Assembly (NCBI GenBank): GCA_026389025.1
Contig: JAPLIQ010000022.1
Coordinates: forward strand, 1,946 to 65,945
From: Candidatus Babelota bacterium
Lineage (GTDB): Bacteria; Babelota; Babeliae; Babelales; Chromulinivoraceae
Length of the DNA stretch: 64,000 bases
Direction of reading: 5' to 3'
Shown: piece after piece, positions 18,484 through 28,397 of the stretch
Layout: each line of letters starts with the position of its first letter
Position numbering within the stretch: position 1 is the stretch's first letter
Position numbers and translations under genes: made by a program
Notes under the pieces: model-generated
The model's input: the letters and a program-made list of their open reading frames with translations, nothing else
The model's database searches: none
Told to the model about the DNA's origin: nothing

Positions 18484-20928
18484 ATGATTACAAATTTTCT
18501 GGCTAAAGTTTTTGGAAGCGCAAATCAACGAGCTGTCCAAAAATTACAAGTGATAGTTGATCAAATTAATGCTTTAGAATCATCAATTGAAAGATTGTCT
18601 GATGATGAAATAAAAGCTAAATCAAATGAGTTTCGCAAAAGAATAATGCAAGGCACGCACTTAGATGAAATTTTACCAGAAGCATTTGCTGTTGCTCGGG
18701 AAGCTTCAAAGCGTACGCTTGGCATGAGACCGTTTGATGTGCAACTGATGGGTGCGATAGCATTGCATCAGGGCAAAGTAGCAGAAATGAAAACTGGTGA
18801 AGGAAAAACTTTAACAGCAACTCTTGCGTTGTACCTTAATGCACTTACCGGTAAAGGCGCACATTTAGTAACCGTCAATGATTACTTGGCGAAGCGTGAC
18901 TCTGAGTGGAACAAACCTATGTATGAATTTTTAGGGTTGACCGTTGGTGTCATTACTAATGACATGCATGATCATGAACGAAAAGAACAATACAACTGCG
19001 ATGTGTTGTACGTGACGAATAATGAACTTGGGTTTGATTATTTACGAGACAACATGAAATTCCGCCAAGAAGATTATGTACAGCGTGAATTATCTTATGC
19101 AATTATTGATGAGTGTGACTCCATTTTAATTGATGAAGCTCGAACACCGCTTATTATTTCTGGTGCTGCAGAAAGATCTTCAAATTTATATGAAGTTGCT
19201 CAAAAAGTTGTTCACAATTTAATTCGTGGAACCGATTTTGAAGTTGATGAAAAAGCTCGCAACATTCAATTGACCGAAGAAGGGCATGATAAAGTTGAAG
19301 CTCGATTGAATGTAAGTAATTTATATGCCGTTGAAAACATTAACCTTCTTCATCACATTATTCAGGCGTTAAAAGCTAATATTTTATTCAGACTTGATGT
19401 TGAATATGTGGTCAGAGATGGAGAAGTTTTAATCGTTGACGAATTTACAGGACGTATCCTTTCTGGTCGCCGTTACAGCGATGGTCTGCATCAGGCAATT
19501 GAAGCAAAAGAAGGCGTTAAGATTGAAAAAGAAACACAAACGCTTGCTTCTATCACGCTACAAAACTTTTTTAGAATTTATAAAAAATTATCTGGTATGA
19601 CCGGTACAGCTATGACAGAAGCTGAAGAGCTGTCTAAGATTTATAAGCTTGAAGTAGTTGCCATTCCAACCAATAGAATTATGGTTCGCCAAGACAAAAA
19701 CGATTTGATTTTTTTAACAGAACAAGCAAAGTTTGCAGCTATCGTGCAAGACGTTAAAGAACGTCATAAAAAAGGACAACCAGTTTTGGTTGGTACCATT
19801 GCGGTTGAAAAATCAGAAAGATTAAGTGACGTCTTAACAAAAGAAGGTATTCCTCATGATGTTTTAAACGCAAAACAACATGCTCGGGAAGCTGACATTA
19901 TTATGAGCGCTGGGCAGCCAGGTCATGTGACCATTGCAACAAATATGGCTGGTCGTGGTACCGATATTAAATTGCACCCAGATTCTTTGCTTGCAGGTGG
20001 GCTATATGTGCTTGGAACTGAACGACACGAAAGTCGTCGTATCGATAATCAGTTGCGTGGACGATCAGGTCGACAAGGTGACGCTGGTGAATCGAGATTT
20101 TATATATCTTTAGAAGATGAGCTGATCAGAATTTTTGCTGGTGATTCTATGAAATATTACATGCAAAAAGCTGGTATGAAAGAAGATGAGCAAATTGAAT
20201 CGAAAACCGTTTCGAAATTAATTGAAAACTCTCAAGAAAAAGTTGAAAAACATAACTTTGAGACTCGTAAGCATTTAATTGAATATGATGATGTGTTAAA
20301 CCAACACAGAAACGTTATTTATTCTTTACGACAAGATGTGCTTAAAGATTCTGATAATATTTATGAAGTTGTTCGAGATTTTATCAATGCAACAATCAGT
20401 GATCTTATCGGTGTGCATTGTCCAGCTCGATCAATAACTCAATTTCAAGCAGATTATATTCTTGAATTGTTGGCGCTTGGTATCGGACTTCCTTTAGACA
20501 TGCTTAAAAAAGAACAGTTTTCAATGACAAACACTGATGATTTTGAGCGAGATCTTGTTAACTTTGTTTTATTAAAATATGACGAATTCCGTCATCAAGT
20601 TGGTGCAGAAAACATTCAAGATGCAGAAAAATGGATCATGCTTGAAACTATAGATCAAGCGTGGAAGCAGCACATGATTAACATTGATAATTTAAAAGAA
20701 GGTATTGGCCTTCGTGGAAATGCTCAAAAAAATCCGTTGATTGAATATAAAAAAGAAGCATATAGCATGTTTGAAGAAATGATGCGCGATGTTCAAGCTG
20801 ATATTGTACGCCATATATTCCATATCAAGCCGGAAATATTTGATAAGCGTAAATTGATTGAGCGTAGAGAAAAAGAGCTGGATGAAATGAAAATGATTTC
20901 TGGCATGCTATTTTTTTATCATACTTAA
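18484..20928 (+). CDS. secA: preprotein translocase ATPase SecA
   Basis: 814 aa. MKTGEGKTL, DEVDSILIDEARTPLIIS-like IDECDSILIDEARTPLIISG, TNMAGRGTDI and GRSGRQGD. Confidence 0.95.
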   Translation: MITNFLAKVFGSANQRAVQKLQVIVDQINALESSIERLSDDEIKAKSNEFRKRIMQGTHLDEILPEAFAVAREASKRTLGMRPFDVQLMGAIALHQGKVAEMKTGEGKTLTATLALYLNALTGKGAHLVTVNDYLAKRDSEWNKPMYEFLGLTVGVITNDMHDHERKEQYNCDVLYVTNNELGFDYLRDNMKFRQEDYVQRELSYAIIDECDSILIDEARTPLIISGAAERSSNLYEVAQKVVHNLIRGTDFEVDEKARNIQLTEEGHDKVEARLNVSNLYAVENINLLHHIIQALKANILFRLDVEYVVRDGEVLIVDEFTGRILSGRRYSDGLHQAIEAKEGVKIEKETQTLASITLQNFFRIYKKLSGMTGTAMTEAEELSKIYKLEVVAIPTNRIMVRQDKNDLIFLTEQAKFAAIVQDVKERHKKGQPVLVGTIAVEKSERLSDVLTKEGIPHDVLNAKQHAREADIIMSAGQPGHVTIATNMAGRGTDIKLHPDSLLAGGLYVLGTERHESRRIDNQLRGRSGRQGDAGESRFYISLEDELIRIFAGDSMKYYMQKAGMKEDEQIESKTVSKLIENSQEKVEKHNFETRKHLIEYDDVLNQHRNVIYSLRQDVLKDSDNIYEVVRDFINATISDLIGVHCPARSITQFQADYILELLALGIGLPLDMLKKEQFSMTNTDDFERDLVNFVLLKYDEFRHQVGAENIQDAEKWIMLETIDQAWKQHMINIDNLKEGIGLRGNAQKNPLIEYKKEAYSMFEEMMRDVQADIVRHIFHIKPEIFDKRKLIERREKELDEMKMISGMLFFYHT

Positions 20929-20943
20929 AAAAAGGGAACTTTT

Positions 20944-21447
20944 ATGAAAATGTTTATGGGTATTTTCGCAATGGTTATGATGCTTAAGGTTGAGGCATAC
21001 AATCATCATCAGATTGCGGTATTGAAAAAGCAGATCGCTCAAGGAGTTAAAAAAATTAACGCCTCAGGGGCTGATTTTCGAGGAGCTGGAACACTACTAA
21101 AAGTTATTAATTTAAGCAATGCACAGCTTTCTGGAGCAGCTTTTAACACTCCAACAAAAGTTGCAGAAAGCCCATTTTTAACTCAAGTTATCGGTCAAAA
21201 AACTGATTTGACTAAAGCTAATTTTTCAAAAGCTGGATTAGTCTCAACAAATTTTGGGGGTGCTATTTTGAAAGGTGCAAATTTCAATGGTGCCGATATT
21301 AGCTTCGCTAATTTTGCAGAAGCAGATCTTACGGGTGCAAATCTTAAAGGCGCTTTAAATAGGTCTTCAGCTGTTTTTTGTGGAGCTACAATGCCAGATG
21401 GCACAACATGTTCAGGTGCTTCTTGTGACTGTCCGGCTAAAAAATAA
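20944..21447 (+). CDS. secreted pentapeptide-repeat protein
   Basis: Signal-like N-terminus, then A(D/N)LxG/A-type pentapeptides (ANFSKAGLVSTNFGGAILKGANFNGADISFANFAEADLTGANLKGA). Confidence 0.8.
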   Translation: MKMFMGIFAMVMMLKVEAYNHHQIAVLKKQIAQGVKKINASGADFRGAGTLLKVINLSNAQLSGAAFNTPTKVAESPFLTQVIGQKTDLTKANFSKAGLVSTNFGGAILKGANFNGADISFANFAEADLTGANLKGALNRSSAVFCGATMPDGTTCSGASCDCPAKK

Positions 21448-21472
21448 TGGCGTGATCGGTAGAAAATGATTT

Positions 21473-21500
21473 TTGCAACTTTGCTCAATCTTGTTATAAT
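21473..21500 (+). promoter_or_regulatory. candidate promoter of the 21553 operon
   Basis: TTGCAA, 16-nt spacer, TGT-TATAAT (extended -10). Confidence 0.4.
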
Positions 21501-21552
21501 CCTTTATTAAGAAGTAGTATTTTTCATCTTAATATCCTAAAGGATCTAATCC

Positions 21553-22584
21553 ATGAAGTTTCAAAATAAACATCTCGCAATTTTTGCATTCATCATTGTA
21601 TCTGCGCTGACTATTCCTGGTTGTGCCTGGTGGCCTTTTGGCTCATCAAATAAAGAAACAACATCATTTTCTGGTAGCGACGCATTGCTAACTATCGACG
21701 GCGTTCCAGCTTTAACCGTACAAGAATACGAAGAACAATTAGACATGGCTCGCAAAGCAAATCAACAAATTGATATGTTGCTGCAAATGATGCCAAACGC
21801 TGAAAAAGATTTTGTATTCCGTGGCATGGCGACAGCTAAGCTGATGAAAGCTTGGGCACAAAAACAAGGCATCGACAAAACTGAAGATTTCAAAAAACAA
21901 AGAAGTCAGTTGCATGAAGCTATGGATTTACAGCTTTATATGAAACATTTTGATGAAGCTCATCCAATCAACATTAGCGATTCTGACGTTGCAAAATTCT
22001 ATGAAGATAAAAAAGATTCTATTCCTGCATTAACGCTTTCAGCTGGTGGCGTTGAAGTATCATTTGTACGCTTTGAATCAAAAGATAAAGCTGAAAAGTT
22101 TTTTGATAAAGTAAAAGGCTTCAAAAAAGCTGCCGCATTTAAAGCATCAGCAGAAGACAGCAAGCAAAAAGCTGGTGATTCTGTAATCAACGAAAAAAGT
22201 TCTTTTAGCCCATCAATTAAAAGCGCTGTTTTAAGCTTTAAAAAGTTCCCATCAGTTCACATGTTAAAAGCTGAAGACAATTCATACTGGGTGCTATTTG
22301 CAGCTGGAAAATCTGAAGCGAAATATCGCGACCCTAAAACTCCAGAAATACAACATGGTTTAAGAAAAATGCTTGCTGACGAACGCAAAGAAAAACAACT
22401 TGAAGAGTTGGTAGATAAATTGAAAACAGAAATGAATGTTGTTGAAAACAACAAATATTTCGAAGAAAAAGAAAGTAAAAAACGTGCAGCGCTGCAGCAA
22501 TCAGAACCAGCAGCTGGCCAGTCAGAGTCTGATGAGTCAGATGATGAAGAAATGGCTCATGGAGCAATGCCGGTAAAAGTATGA
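21553..22584 (+). CDS. hypothetical exported protein (possible lipoprotein), weakly SurA/PrsA-N-domain-like, acidic tail
   Basis: 343 aa. N-terminus ...ALTIPGCAWW, Lys/Glu-rich, C-terminal SESDESDDEE. The functional call is weak. Confidence 0.45.
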   Translation: MKFQNKHLAIFAFIIVSALTIPGCAWWPFGSSNKETTSFSGSDALLTIDGVPALTVQEYEEQLDMARKANQQIDMLLQMMPNAEKDFVFRGMATAKLMKAWAQKQGIDKTEDFKKQRSQLHEAMDLQLYMKHFDEAHPINISDSDVAKFYEDKKDSIPALTLSAGGVEVSFVRFESKDKAEKFFDKVKGFKKAAAFKASAEDSKQKAGDSVINEKSSFSPSIKSAVLSFKKFPSVHMLKAEDNSYWVLFAAGKSEAKYRDPKTPEIQHGLRKMLADERKEKQLEELVDKLKTEMNVVENNKYFEEKESKKRAALQQSEPAAGQSESDESDDEEMAHGAMPVKV

Positions 22585-23465
22585 AAATAACAAAACTTAC
22601 TCTTATAAGTTTATTTGTAGTTCTGCCTGATTTAGTTCAGGCAGAACTCATTTTACTTGATCAAATAGAATGTGTTGTTTGTGGCCCAGAGCGCAATACG
22701 CCGTTGGTTGATACTGATGCATCTTGGAAACGAGACCTTAACGGAAATTTTATTGAGATGCAAAAACAAATCCAACAAGACATTGTTAGCCAGCAAGTAA
22801 TTGCTGAAAAAATGCCTATGGAGCCTGCAGCAGCACAAAAATATATTGAAGGCTTAAAGACACAAAACAATTTAAGTGATTCTGATCTAACAGCAATGTT
22901 TGCAGAAGTTGGTAGAACGACACCTGAGGGTTTATCTTTATTGCATGATCAATATGTTCAAGAGTTCTTTATGCATTACAAATTCAAATCTCAGCTTGTT
23001 GCAACCGATGATGAAATCAGTGAGCATTATAATGAATTTCCTCAGTTCGTAGAAGGTTGGGTTGATATTACAATCGCTCATATTCCATATGAACAATCAT
23101 CTCGAGAAACTGTAAAAAGTCAGGTAGAATCATTTGTTTCAACTGGCAAGGCTGATAATCTTACTGTGCCATGGGGCTCTGCAATTCGCATAGCTACCGA
23201 TGACATAGCAAAAGATAAAGAATTTGTTTTAACTATGGACGTAGACCAAACTTTAATCCGTGAAACAGATGGACAGTTTGAGTTGTACAAACTTACAGAA
23301 AAAGAACCTACCAAGTTAAAACCTTTGAGCGAATGTCGTGCTTCAATTATTGATCATTTAAATCGTAAAAAATTAGAAAAAATGTTGAGCGCTCACAATC
23401 AAACAGTTCGTGAATTTATTGATATTATTCCTCTTGGAAATAAAGAAATAAAATTAAACGTTTGA
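22581..23465 (+). CDS. hypothetical secreted protein, operonic with 21553-22584
   Basis: ATGA start/stop overlap with the upstream gene. Signal peptide LISLFVVLPDLVQA. Confidence 0.45.
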   Translation: MKITKLTLISLFVVLPDLVQAELILLDQIECVVCGPERNTPLVDTDASWKRDLNGNFIEMQKQIQQDIVSQQVIAEKMPMEPAAAQKYIEGLKTQNNLSDSDLTAMFAEVGRTTPEGLSLLHDQYVQEFFMHYKFKSQLVATDDEISEHYNEFPQFVEGWVDITIAHIPYEQSSRETVKSQVESFVSTGKADNLTVPWGSAIRIATDDIAKDKEFVLTMDVDQTLIRETDGQFELYKLTEKEPTKLKPLSECRASIIDHLNRKKLEKMLSAHNQTVREFIDIIPLGNKEIKLNV

Positions 23466-23467
23466 TA

Positions 23468-24718
23468 TTAAATCTCTTCGTGAGAAGTGCCATCACAAGC
23501 TTCTTGTAGCTCATCAAGCCGCAAAGCTTTTTCTGTTAAAACTGTTGCTCGTTTTTTTAATGAATCTTGAGACTCAAAATACGTTTGTAAAAGAGTCTCA
23601 AGGTTCATTTCATTTCTTAAGAGATCTCGATGTGCTCGAGTTTGAATTGAGCGAATGGGAATAATTCCAACGATATGCATAGCATCAAAACAATACTTTT
23701 GAATTTTTTTCACATCAACCATGTCGGTTAACGTTGTCGGGATTTCATACGTAATTTTTAAAATTGCATCAGAAATAGTATGTTTTCCTAGAGCTTTTAG
23801 AATTTGCTCAGTTTGATCATCCTGCTCGTTTAAAGAAACATCAACTTGAATAAACGGTCGCGTTGCAATCGGAACGTGGATAAACGTTGTGTTATATTTT
23901 TCTTCAATGGTAACGTCGCAAAATCCTTTGCCTTCTTTTCTTTCGCCAAAATCAATTCGATCAATTGATCCAGAATATACAACAGGAATAGGGTCACCTT
24001 CGTTAACGCATTGAAAACGATGCAGATGTCCGAGCGCAACATAATCAAAAGGTTTAATTGCAAGCTGCGATGGAAGGAGTATTGGATCATGTCCGTAAAC
24101 TGCGCGCTTTTCAGATCCTGAAAAAATTCCCGAGCTTACCGTAAGGTGACCAACTAAAATTGCTGGAACTTCAGGGTTTAAATCTTGAGCAAGCTTTGTA
24201 ATGATTGTTGCAAGGCTGTCTGATATGTGCTTGGTAAGCTCTGTGGCACTTTGTGCAAAATGAGTAAAATTTATGGCAACGTTGTGCCGGTTTGGCCAGG
24301 GAATTCCTACAATTTGAACAGCTCCTGATTTGGTTTGAATGGTCATGCTTTCCGGTTTAGAAAATACATAAAAACCATCAACAGGAAGATGCGCAAAGAT
24401 ATCAAGCGCATTAGCTTTGCCATAGCTTAAAGGATTGTCGTGATTTCCCACCACGATGACGACAGGGATGCGAGCTCGGTAGAGTCTCATAAAAGATTGC
24501 ATGAGAAGTTTTTGTTGCGTAGGGCTAGGATTTGCCGTTTTGTAAGCATCGCCAGCAAAAACAAAAAGATCTACACTTTGTTCAATTGCATAATCTACGC
24601 ATGTATCAAATGATTGTTTAAAATCGAGCAGTCGGGAGTGAATGCCCGTTTGTGGATCGATTCTGCCATAATTTTCCATTCCAAAATGGATGTCTGCTGT
24701 GTGAATAAATCGAATCAT
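23468..24718 (-). CDS. sbcD: SbcD/Mre11-family nuclease
   Basis: Metallophosphoesterase motifs HTADIHFG, GDAYK, GNHD and GHLH. Confidence 0.8.
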   Translation of the reverse strand: MIRFIHTADIHFGMENYGRIDPQTGIHSRLLDFKQSFDTCVDYAIEQSVDLFVFAGDAYKTANPSPTQQKLLMQSFMRLYRARIPVVIVVGNHDNPLSYGKANALDIFAHLPVDGFYVFSKPESMTIQTKSGAVQIVGIPWPNRHNVAINFTHFAQSATELTKHISDSLATIITKLAQDLNPEVPAILVGHLTVSSGIFSGSEKRAVYGHDPILLPSQLAIKPFDYVALGHLHRFQCVNEGDPIPVVYSGSIDRIDFGERKEGKGFCDVTIEEKYNTTFIHVPIATRPFIQVDVSLNEQDDQTEQILKALGKHTISDAILKITYEIPTTLTDMVDVKKIQKYCFDAMHIVGIIPIRSIQTRAHRDLLRNEMNLETLLQTYFESQDSLKKRATVLTEKALRLDELQEACDGTSHEEI

Positions 24719-24727
24719 ATAATGTTT

Positions 24728-25816
24728 TTAAAAATCCTGTTGTTGAGTTGCGTCTACTGTTTTTCGAGCGCCGGTAAATGTTGATTCTGTTTTTTCTTGG
24801 TTAGTCTGGTTATCGATGACGGAAAACGATTGCAAGATTGTTTCTTTTGTTATCGTTGATTTCGTGATGATCATGTGTGACGGAATCAAGCATTGCTCTT
24901 CTATAATACTGTCTTGGATGTGGGTATAAGCGCCGATTGTTGACCCAGATTTAATGGTAGTTTTTCCAAGAAGTAAGGCCCCAGATCCAATATAACATCC
25001 TGGCTCAATATGAACAGTTTCATCGATCAAAATATTTAAAGTATTTGCAAATCGTACTCCATGATCCATCCAATGAAGCATTAATTGCGAGCGCTTGATG
25101 TGCTCAACAGCCCAAAGATCTGCAAGAGTGTCAACGCTGCGAACAATATCAAATGAGACTGCTGTTGTAATAATTTTGCAGAGGTGATCGCTTGCGATTT
25201 TAATTAATTCTGGCAAATAAATTTCGCCAGTTGTTTCATTTTTGGAAAGTTTATCAATGTGTTGATTTAGAAAAGATCGTTTTGCAATATAAATTCCTGC
25301 GCTGATACAGCATTGATCAGAATCGTCGCTTTGCGTATTGTCAGGACCTTCTGTAACTTGAATTTTATCATTGTCAAAAGAAACGCGAGAATATTTGGTA
25401 GTGTCGAGGCCCATGCTATGAGCAGTTACAAAACTAATATCTGCATCAGCTTTAATGTGTTGGCGATATAATTTGTTAATGATGTCTGGAGTGACTAAAG
25501 GAATATCTGCATTCATTAAAAGAATGTGATCTTGTGACCAAATGTTTTTAGTTAGTTGCGTGGCGTGACCAGTTCCGAGAGGTTCTTGCTGTAGCACAAA
25601 TGTTACTTTGTCATGGTGATCTTGAACTATTTTTTGAATGCGATCATGTTGAAAACCTACAACGATTGTTGTCGGGATATAAAGAGATTTTAAAAGATTG
25701 ACCGGATATAAAATCATTTCCGTGCCACAAATTTTTTCAATTAATTTTGTTTTTCCTGTTTGAAATCGTTCTGATATTCCACCAGCAAGGATGATTGCTT
25801 GCAAATTTTCTAACAC
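24728..25816 (-). CDS. GlmU-like sugar-1-phosphate nucleotidyltransferase with a short left-handed beta-helix (LbH) tail
   Basis: N-terminus AIILAGGISERF...KTK matches LAAGxGTR-type nucleotidyltransferases. The C-terminus has only a few hexapeptide-like turns. 362 aa versus about 450 for bifunctional GlmU. Confidence 0.6.
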   Translation of the reverse strand: MLENLQAIILAGGISERFQTGKTKLIEKICGTEMILYPVNLLKSLYIPTTIVVGFQHDRIQKIVQDHHDKVTFVLQQEPLGTGHATQLTKNIWSQDHILLMNADIPLVTPDIINKLYRQHIKADADISFVTAHSMGLDTTKYSRVSFDNDKIQVTEGPDNTQSDDSDQCCISAGIYIAKRSFLNQHIDKLSKNETTGEIYLPELIKIASDHLCKIITTAVSFDIVRSVDTLADLWAVEHIKRSQLMLHWMDHGVRFANTLNILIDETVHIEPGCYIGSGALLLGKTTIKSGSTIGAYTHIQDSIIEEQCLIPSHMIITKSTITKETILQSFSVIDNQTNQEKTESTFTGARKTVDATQQQDF

Positions 25817-25936
25817 GAGATCTCCTTTTTATACTTTAGTCTTTAGGTAAAGGTTATTGCTGAAACTGTTTTCATCGAGAAATACATTAACCAGTAGTAT
25901 AGGTTTAAAAATATAATCATGACAATCTATTATTTT

Positions 25937-26845
25937 TTAAACCACCTGTGATTTATTTAAAATTTGTAATTTTTGATATAAAATTCGTGCAACAGTATCA
26001 AGCAAAACTTCTATGTTGTTTTCTTTGTAAGCTATATTTCCAACAGTTTCAAAAGGGAATGTTGCTGGTAAAAATTCTTGTAAAACAGAATGTTGATATG
26101 CAACAAATGGTTGATTAGAAATAGCCAAACAATTACCTGGTATTGGTAAAGCTTTGAGCCACCATTCAATGGTGTCACCTGTCGTTGGTCTGCGTAAAGT
26201 TCCATCATCTTTGCACAGCATTGGCACATCAATAATGGTAACAGGTAATGCGCGCATATCTTCAGGCATATTAATATAATCATAGGCAAACTTTAAAGCG
26301 TCAGCTTCAGTGTTGAGCTGATTTTGTAAAGCTGTTTGATGACTAAAGTTCAAAAATGTTTGTGTATTTTCTTCTTGGGTAGACACAAGGGGCCGAGCGC
26401 TACCAAGAAGAACAATGTTTTTATAGCGAATGCCTGATTTCCATAATGTTATTGCATGCTCAAGACGATATACCATACTCGAAAATAGTCCTCCAAGAAT
26501 TAAGAGATGTTGGTAATTCTTTTGCTTGGGTTGAACTTCCTGTATAAGATTCATCTGAAAAAGCAGATCCCCAATAGCTTTTTGGTTTTGCATCGAAGTT
26601 GTTTCAATATTCCAGCGTTCGCTTCCTGGCTTACGTAACCAACTGGCTTGAGTTTGAGTAACTATGTCTTTTAGGCTGCCATCATGTGCAACATTTGTTA
26701 GCTTTAGTAAGTCTAACGTGCTTTGAGTAACGATTCCTCGTGTATTAACAATAGCATCGGTGATTGAGGGTGAATTTTGTTGCGCAAAACATGCAGGAAA
26801 AAGTAGGGCAAAAAATATAAAAAAATAATTATTTTTAGGAAACAT
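25937..26845 (-). CDS. hypothetical secreted protein, possibly DUF218/YdcF-like
   Basis: Signal peptide. LLILGG...R, LLGSARP, TTGDT and AISNQPFVAYQHS loosely follow the DUF218 pattern. Confidence 0.35.
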   Translation of the reverse strand: MFPKNNYFFIFFALLFPACFAQQNSPSITDAIVNTRGIVTQSTLDLLKLTNVAHDGSLKDIVTQTQASWLRKPGSERWNIETTSMQNQKAIGDLLFQMNLIQEVQPKQKNYQHLLILGGLFSSMVYRLEHAITLWKSGIRYKNIVLLGSARPLVSTQEENTQTFLNFSHQTALQNQLNTEADALKFAYDYINMPEDMRALPVTIIDVPMLCKDDGTLRRPTTGDTIEWWLKALPIPGNCLAISNQPFVAYQHSVLQEFLPATFPFETVGNIAYKENNIEVLLDTVARILYQKLQILNKSQVV

Positions 26846-27091
26846 TAAGACTCCTTATTGTCTAGATATAGTATATATTAACTATAATATCAGAATTTAA
26901 AAAAATAATTCAGTGTAAAAACATAGGTATTATGTCTGTTTAAAAGTTGAGAAGTTTTTTATATAAGTAATTTAAAAAACAATATTCTTTTTGATTTTTC
27001 AATAAAAAGAGTTTTGAAAAAGCTTAAAATGATTTAAAATAGAAATAACAATTCTCTGTCTCAATAAATGTTTTGTATCTAAGGATTAAAA

Positions 27092-28369
27092 GTGATCGTA
27101 GCAACAAGTTTTCGGCGTTTTTTTAAAATCAAATTTCTTTTGGTTTTAACTATATATCAAAGTAATTATTCTATGGTCTGGGATAATAGGTACTTTCCAT
27201 GGTTCGATCAATTATATACCGGTTCTGATAGTCGACACAGCAACTTAGATGTCCAAGGTTTTTTTGTAACTGGTGGAGATGCATTTCGTCATCAGTCTCG
27301 TGCATCTAAAAATGAGCAAATTATTTCATATCCTGAACTCTGGGGCGAATTGCAACTAGCAGAAGTTGGCGCTTCAATGACTGCAGTTGGTCTGCAAAAT
27401 CCAATTCCTGCAGATTGGTTATGGCTAGCTGATTTTAATGTTGGTATGCCTGCATCGCTTGAGGGTCAAGGTATTGCACTTGCTGGATATGCATCACTGA
27501 CAGACCACATAGGCATTGGCGCATCTGCATTTTTCATGAATCTGAATGCAATGGTTTCTCTTGTTCCAACTGAAGAAACTGTTTCAAAATTAAATTTAAA
27601 GACTCCCGGCAACCAGGCTTTATTCACGCAAACAGTACAGCAATTTTATAAAGAGCTTGGAATTACTAGTACAACTTTCAATGAAGTTGGAGTTGGTGAT
27701 GTTGTCGTTTATCTAAGTATTTATGATGTGAAAGAATATCGATATAAGTTTAGAAAAGTAGATTGGGGCATGTACCTTGGACTTATTATTCCAAGCGGAA
27801 CGCAGGAAAGTATTACCAATTTGGCATCAGTTCCTTTTGGTGGCCCGTACGGATCATCATGGGGTTGGTTCCTTGCTCCACGTGCTGAATTTGAACTACG
27901 AGAAGATTTAAAATTTGGAGTTCAAGGTCGATTCACGCAGCGCCTGAGTAAGTGTTTTCTTGGAAGAATTCCAATCAATAAAGAACAGCCGTTATTTGCA
28001 CCAGTGGTTGGATCTATAAATGTTGATATCGACCCAACGTTTAGTTTGGCTGCTTATTTTGCGTTTGAAGATTTACGTGCTGGCTTTGGTGTTCAGGCAA
28101 AATATACTATATCTTTCCATGATCATGATACTTTTAAAGCTAGTCTGAATAATTCATCTTTAAAGCCAAAATTTAAAAATATGAATTATTACTCTGGCTG
28201 GACACAGGAATATGCTACCGTGCGTTTATTTTACGACATAGCGCACAATAAGACATGGGAGTATCGTCCATTGGTCTATTTCACATGGGATATTCCGATG
28301 AATCATTTGGGAGGAAGGGGTTTTGCAAAAACAAACAGAGTGTCAATCGGCTGCAACTTTAATTTTTAG
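27092..28369 (+). CDS. putative outer-membrane beta-barrel protein
   Basis: GTG start. Signal-like N-terminus, alternating aromatic/hydrophobic beta-strand pattern, C-terminal ...IGCNFNF ending in Phe (OMP signature). Confidence 0.4.
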   Translation: MIVATSFRRFFKIKFLLVLTIYQSNYSMVWDNRYFPWFDQLYTGSDSRHSNLDVQGFFVTGGDAFRHQSRASKNEQIISYPELWGELQLAEVGASMTAVGLQNPIPADWLWLADFNVGMPASLEGQGIALAGYASLTDHIGIGASAFFMNLNAMVSLVPTEETVSKLNLKTPGNQALFTQTVQQFYKELGITSTTFNEVGVGDVVVYLSIYDVKEYRYKFRKVDWGMYLGLIIPSGTQESITNLASVPFGGPYGSSWGWFLAPRAEFELREDLKFGVQGRFTQRLSKCFLGRIPINKEQPLFAPVVGSINVDIDPTFSLAAYFAFEDLRAGFGVQAKYTISFHDHDTFKASLNNSSLKPKFKNMNYYSGWTQEYATVRLFYDIAHNKTWEYRPLVYFTWDIPMNHLGGRGFAKTNRVSIGCNFNF

Positions 28370-28397
28370 TAACTTTAATTTTTAACATGAGACTTAT

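Noticed and set aside
21553-22584. Calling 21553-22584 and 22581-23465 SurA/PrsA-type PPIase chaperones
   Set aside because: I see only a vague resemblance to SurA N-domain-like sequence and no parvulin or FKBP signature. They remain hypothetical exported proteins.
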